Below are positions 60,281-64,000 of a DNA stretch of 64,000 nucleotides, piece by piece. Position 1 is the first letter of the stretch. Each line of letters starts with the position of its first letter. A program made the position numbers and the translations under genes. A model generated the notes under the pieces. The model did no database searches. It was given only the letters and a program-made list of their open reading frames with translations, and was not told the DNA's origin. Source of the DNA: Lama glama (taxonomy: Eukaryota); assembly GCA_028534125.1 (NCBI GenBank), contig CM052817.1, forward strand, positions 48,238,001 to 48,302,000, written 5' to 3'.

Positions 60281-62274
60281 GTTGAAACTAAAGGCAGACT
60301 CCATTAATAAAATATACTGGAAAGTAAACATGTTTCTTTATGAAAAGATCTACCTTAGTAAACATGTCTTCTTAGCATGTTACACCTCTCATTTTGTTTT
60401 ATTGCAGAGTATACCATGCCTCCTCACTCAGCCAACCTCCTCTGTTGCAGCAGACTAAGTCAATTTTCATATTACATCAATGATTAGAATGCCACAAAAC
60501 TACCCTGGGACACCACTGTGGAAAGAAACAGACCAAAAGACCATATCTAGTATTTTAGAGTTGGAAGGAGGTGTGAAAATACTAGTTCAAAATATTTAGT
60601 AAAGCATTCTATTACCTTGTGTAGAGGCATCTGAGTTTAAAATGATGGCTGATGGTGACTGACATGGGATACACTCCTCAGAGGCACTAATATCACACAC
60701 AATAAAGTGGACACTCCCATTTCACTTAAATTAGACAACCTAGTAAAACTAGAATGACAAAAATAAAGCCCACACCCTAACCATTCTCAGTATTAAGTAA
60801 AAGTGAAGGAAATGGTAGATTAAAAGATTAACTTTATAAAGTATGTATTCTCCTGTGGCCAAATGACGCATTTGACATAGTCAACCTGGCTTAATTTTTT
60901 TTTCTTCCCAGGTTGTGTCACTGAGCACTTTCTAAAAATTCATCTCCCTTCTACCTATATGATTCTGATTTCTAGCTTCCTGATTCCCTCGTCTTTGCCA
61001 AAGGTTGGATCATTACTGATAAAGAACCACAGAACAATTTTAAGAACATTGTTTAGTTGAAAAAGAATGTTACCAAAAGCAGTATACAACAAAATCAGGA
61101 GCAAAAATGTGTGATGAATGCTTGAGTGTCTTGTCTTCCTAATCTTACATAAAGAAATTTTGACCATATGTGGTAGCCTTAAATAACTATTTTTCTTTCC
61201 ACTGTCTTTCCAAATTTTGATCCAAAATCAAGCACCATGGTAAAACACTCCTTTCATAGTGTATAATAAAGTAATAATCTTTAGTTCTTTCTTTAGCTAA
61301 TCCACTAATCTACTTTCCCCTGTGCTCTGCAGTCATTAATGAGTCACATCTACTCTCAGGAACTAAGCCTCTATTTAAAAGATAAAGACAAGTGATCCGG
61401 GCAAGGTCAGCAGGGGCTGAACTCGAGGTGTTTGCTGCTTAGCCTTGAACTGAGACCACTGAAACTTTGGAATTATCTGATTAACAATCATGCACTCACC
61501 TGAGAGTAGTGGTGTTAAATGGGATGTAATCAGGACAGGACTGTCCTAGTCCTGATAGGAGGACCTGCCTGTGAAGATTATGCTTTGTAATCTAAGAGTG
61601 ATACAGAAAGAGCTTGAGCTTTGGAGTCAGACCAATGTGGGTTTGAAGCTTTGTTCTACCATTTATTCTCTGGGTAACCTGTATCACTAGGGTGATGGTG
61701 GGCTGTCAGTGCTGGTGGTAAAGGTAGGGGTATTACTAATAATTTGGCAACCTTGCAAAGAAAAGACAATTATAGTGCCAAAACAATGTAAAATAACCCT
61801 GTTGGTCCATCAAACATATTGAATGTCTCAGTCTATATTCTATCTTCAGTTGGGTGAGCAAGAATATTATCTCTTCAAAATGATGCTGATTGATTTACGG
61901 CCACTGCTTGGTGTGGAGACAAGCACTAGAATAGTCTTCATTATTAAATTCATCCTCCTATTTCCTACAGAACTACAAACCTCACTGTACTCCTACACGC
62001 AAGTACAGATTGGAGTGGGAGTATGGTTAGAATTAGGGAAGAGAAACAGATCCATTTCTATATGTTTTTAGTCCTTTCTTAAACTCTGAGGACAGAAGTA
62101 AATAATCCATAAGGGTAGACATTATTCTCTCATTGGAACATGGTGTCTTTCCTTCATGTCTTCAAGAGTCTAAATAAAGCTATCCTAACACAATGTTAGA
62201 CCTAGAGTCTATAAATGTCTTTTATCATCTGCCATGCTCCTACTCTGTTTTGCTTTTTACTTTGAATTTTGTTT

Positions 62275-62430
62275 TTTGTTCATTCAACAATTTCTAGAGT
62301 TTAGGTGCAAATACTTGCTGAGTAGTGTGAATAAACAATAGACAACAAGATGTGATATAGTCCTTGTCCTCACGGAGCTTACTGTAGAGTTCTTGTGGAA
62401 GATAGATATTAAATAAACATATAATTTATA
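62275..62430 (-). mobile_element. LINE-2 3' fragment
   Basis: TTCATTCAACAA...AGTCCTTGTCCTCACGGAGCTTAC. Confidence 0.7.
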
Positions 62431-63744
62431 AATTTGTTATAGTACCCAATTTATTAATTACAAATAGGATTAGACAACAGTCATCACTGAGAGAGGACAG
62501 ATGGAGATCTGCCCTATGGAAGTCTGGAGAGCTATCATCTCTGCATCTAATGTGATGGCAACTGAAGACAACTTTCCTAGCTCCACATTCCCTGCCACTG
62601 ACATCATTCCCCCAGTAAAACTCAACAATGGGATATGGATGATGGTGCTCGGATGGGGCAATAATGTTCTTGTAGAGTAAGTTAATGCAACAATCATATT
62701 GCCACATGATATCTTTTCTCACCCTACAACATTGTACTTGCCCTCAGGGAAATCTCACAAATTGTTTATTTAATGCACATTGAGAGATTTAGTTGCTTCA
62801 TGGAGAAGAGCTCAGGGTGATGTTTCTAACAGAATCTCATGGCTCACTCATGTTTTCATCTTCATAAGGGAAAGAAAGTCGAATTGGAAACACTGAGGTC
62901 TCTTCTTCTGCCTTTTGATAGACACAGTACCCCTCAGGCAAATAGCCCTAATCAATACTGTGGAAATATGTTTTATTTGCAATTTTACATAGTCCTAAGA
63001 TTTCTGTATTTACCTGTAGGGTAAATATTTACTATTGAAGGTACTACTTCTATGAAATATAGATCTTCCTTCAGAGTTCATCAAAGCCTCACTTTTAATA
63101 TCTAGCCAGTATATGAAAGCAACGTCTGACAGTAAGGATAAAAAAGTTCAAAGCCCGCCCCCCCTCTTTTAACTATCAGGAATGTTTTGTTGTTGTTATT
63201 GTTTTGACTCCTCAATTATGGTGAAAGGATATATTCCCAGACACAAACACTGTGCTGCTAGTTTGTAGTTATTTTTGCCAAACTGTTTTCATTTAAGTAC
63301 TTCTTTAGACCAAGGTTGTTGGTTTTTTCTTTTTTTAATAGATCCCTACTTTTTTCTCAACTCCTAACTTTAACTTCATCCTTCATCTATGCCATCTTTC
63401 ATCTTATGATTCTTATGATATTACATTCCCCTGTCCTCATTATTTAAGCTGGTTTCTGAATATATAAGGTGAATGTTGCTTTGCTTTCCATTAAATTGCT
63501 ATAGAATAAAATGGAGTTCCACATGAGAAAAGCTCAATATGTAACAGAGGAATTACAATTTTATCAAGCGCTCAAAAAATGGCATTGAGTGAAATTTGAT
63601 GTTTATAATAGCTGCCCCTGTGTTCTTGGAAAACATATCAATCCAAAGTTAACACTTACCTGGATATATGTATAATGTAAAACAGTAGGGGATGTATTTA
63701 ATTTCTTTCAAATAGAGATCATCAAAGATAGGGAAGTATTGGGT

Positions 63745-63972
63745 CATGGTTAAGACGCAACTCTAGAATCAAATTACATGGGTTTAAATCCTGACACAAC
63801 CATTTACTACCAGCTTGAGCTTGGTCAATGTTATGTAACTGCTCTCAGGCTCAGTTTCCACACTAGAAAAAACTATCTACTTGATCAAGTTGTGGAAATT
63901 ACATGCATTAAATAGATGTGAAGTGCTCAGAAATTCCAGTACACAGGAAGCAGTCAATAAATGTTAGCCACT
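63745..63972 (+). mobile_element. MIR SINE
   Basis: TGGTTAAGA...TGGGTTTAAATCCTG...CTCAGTTTCC...AAAGTGCTCAG...CAATAAATGTTAGC. Confidence 0.85.
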
Positions 63973-64000
63973 CTTATGATAGACTTCAAATTTTGAACCC

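Noticed and set aside
1..64000. CRISPR array, prokaryotic operon, rRNA, NUMT or viral insert
   Set aside because: No regularly spaced repeats, gene-dense segment or recognisable mitochondrial, rRNA or viral sequence; the content is consistent with a mammalian intron and promoter region.

Overview
Mammalian genomic DNA, very probably from a camelid (four tRNA-Ala-derived SINEs with Vic-1-type structure). The window holds the 5' end of SLC4A4 (electrogenic Na+/HCO3- cotransporter NBCe1, B/C-type N-terminus) on the minus strand. Its parts are a CpG-island promoter with a GGC-repeat-containing non-coding first exon (donor after 48031), a ~42.7 kb intron 1, a 74-nt first coding exon (5266-5339, [25 protein letters not shown]) and the start of intron 2. 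About 15 kb of upstream flank follows the promoter. The rest is ordinary interspersed repeat (L1, L2, MIR, MaLR/ERV LTRs, MER58A, SINEs), microsatellites and one 100-N gap. No other protein-coding gene is recognisable, and I see no evidence for a wholly new biological system. The best leads concern how the SLC4A4 N-terminus is made: an in-frame CUG in strong Kozak context, a poly-Gly frame through the GGC repeats that overlaps the main AUG, and a candidate second promoter/first exon with in-frame AUGs just upstream of the coding exon. Repeat subfamily names are from recalled consensus sequences, not database searches.
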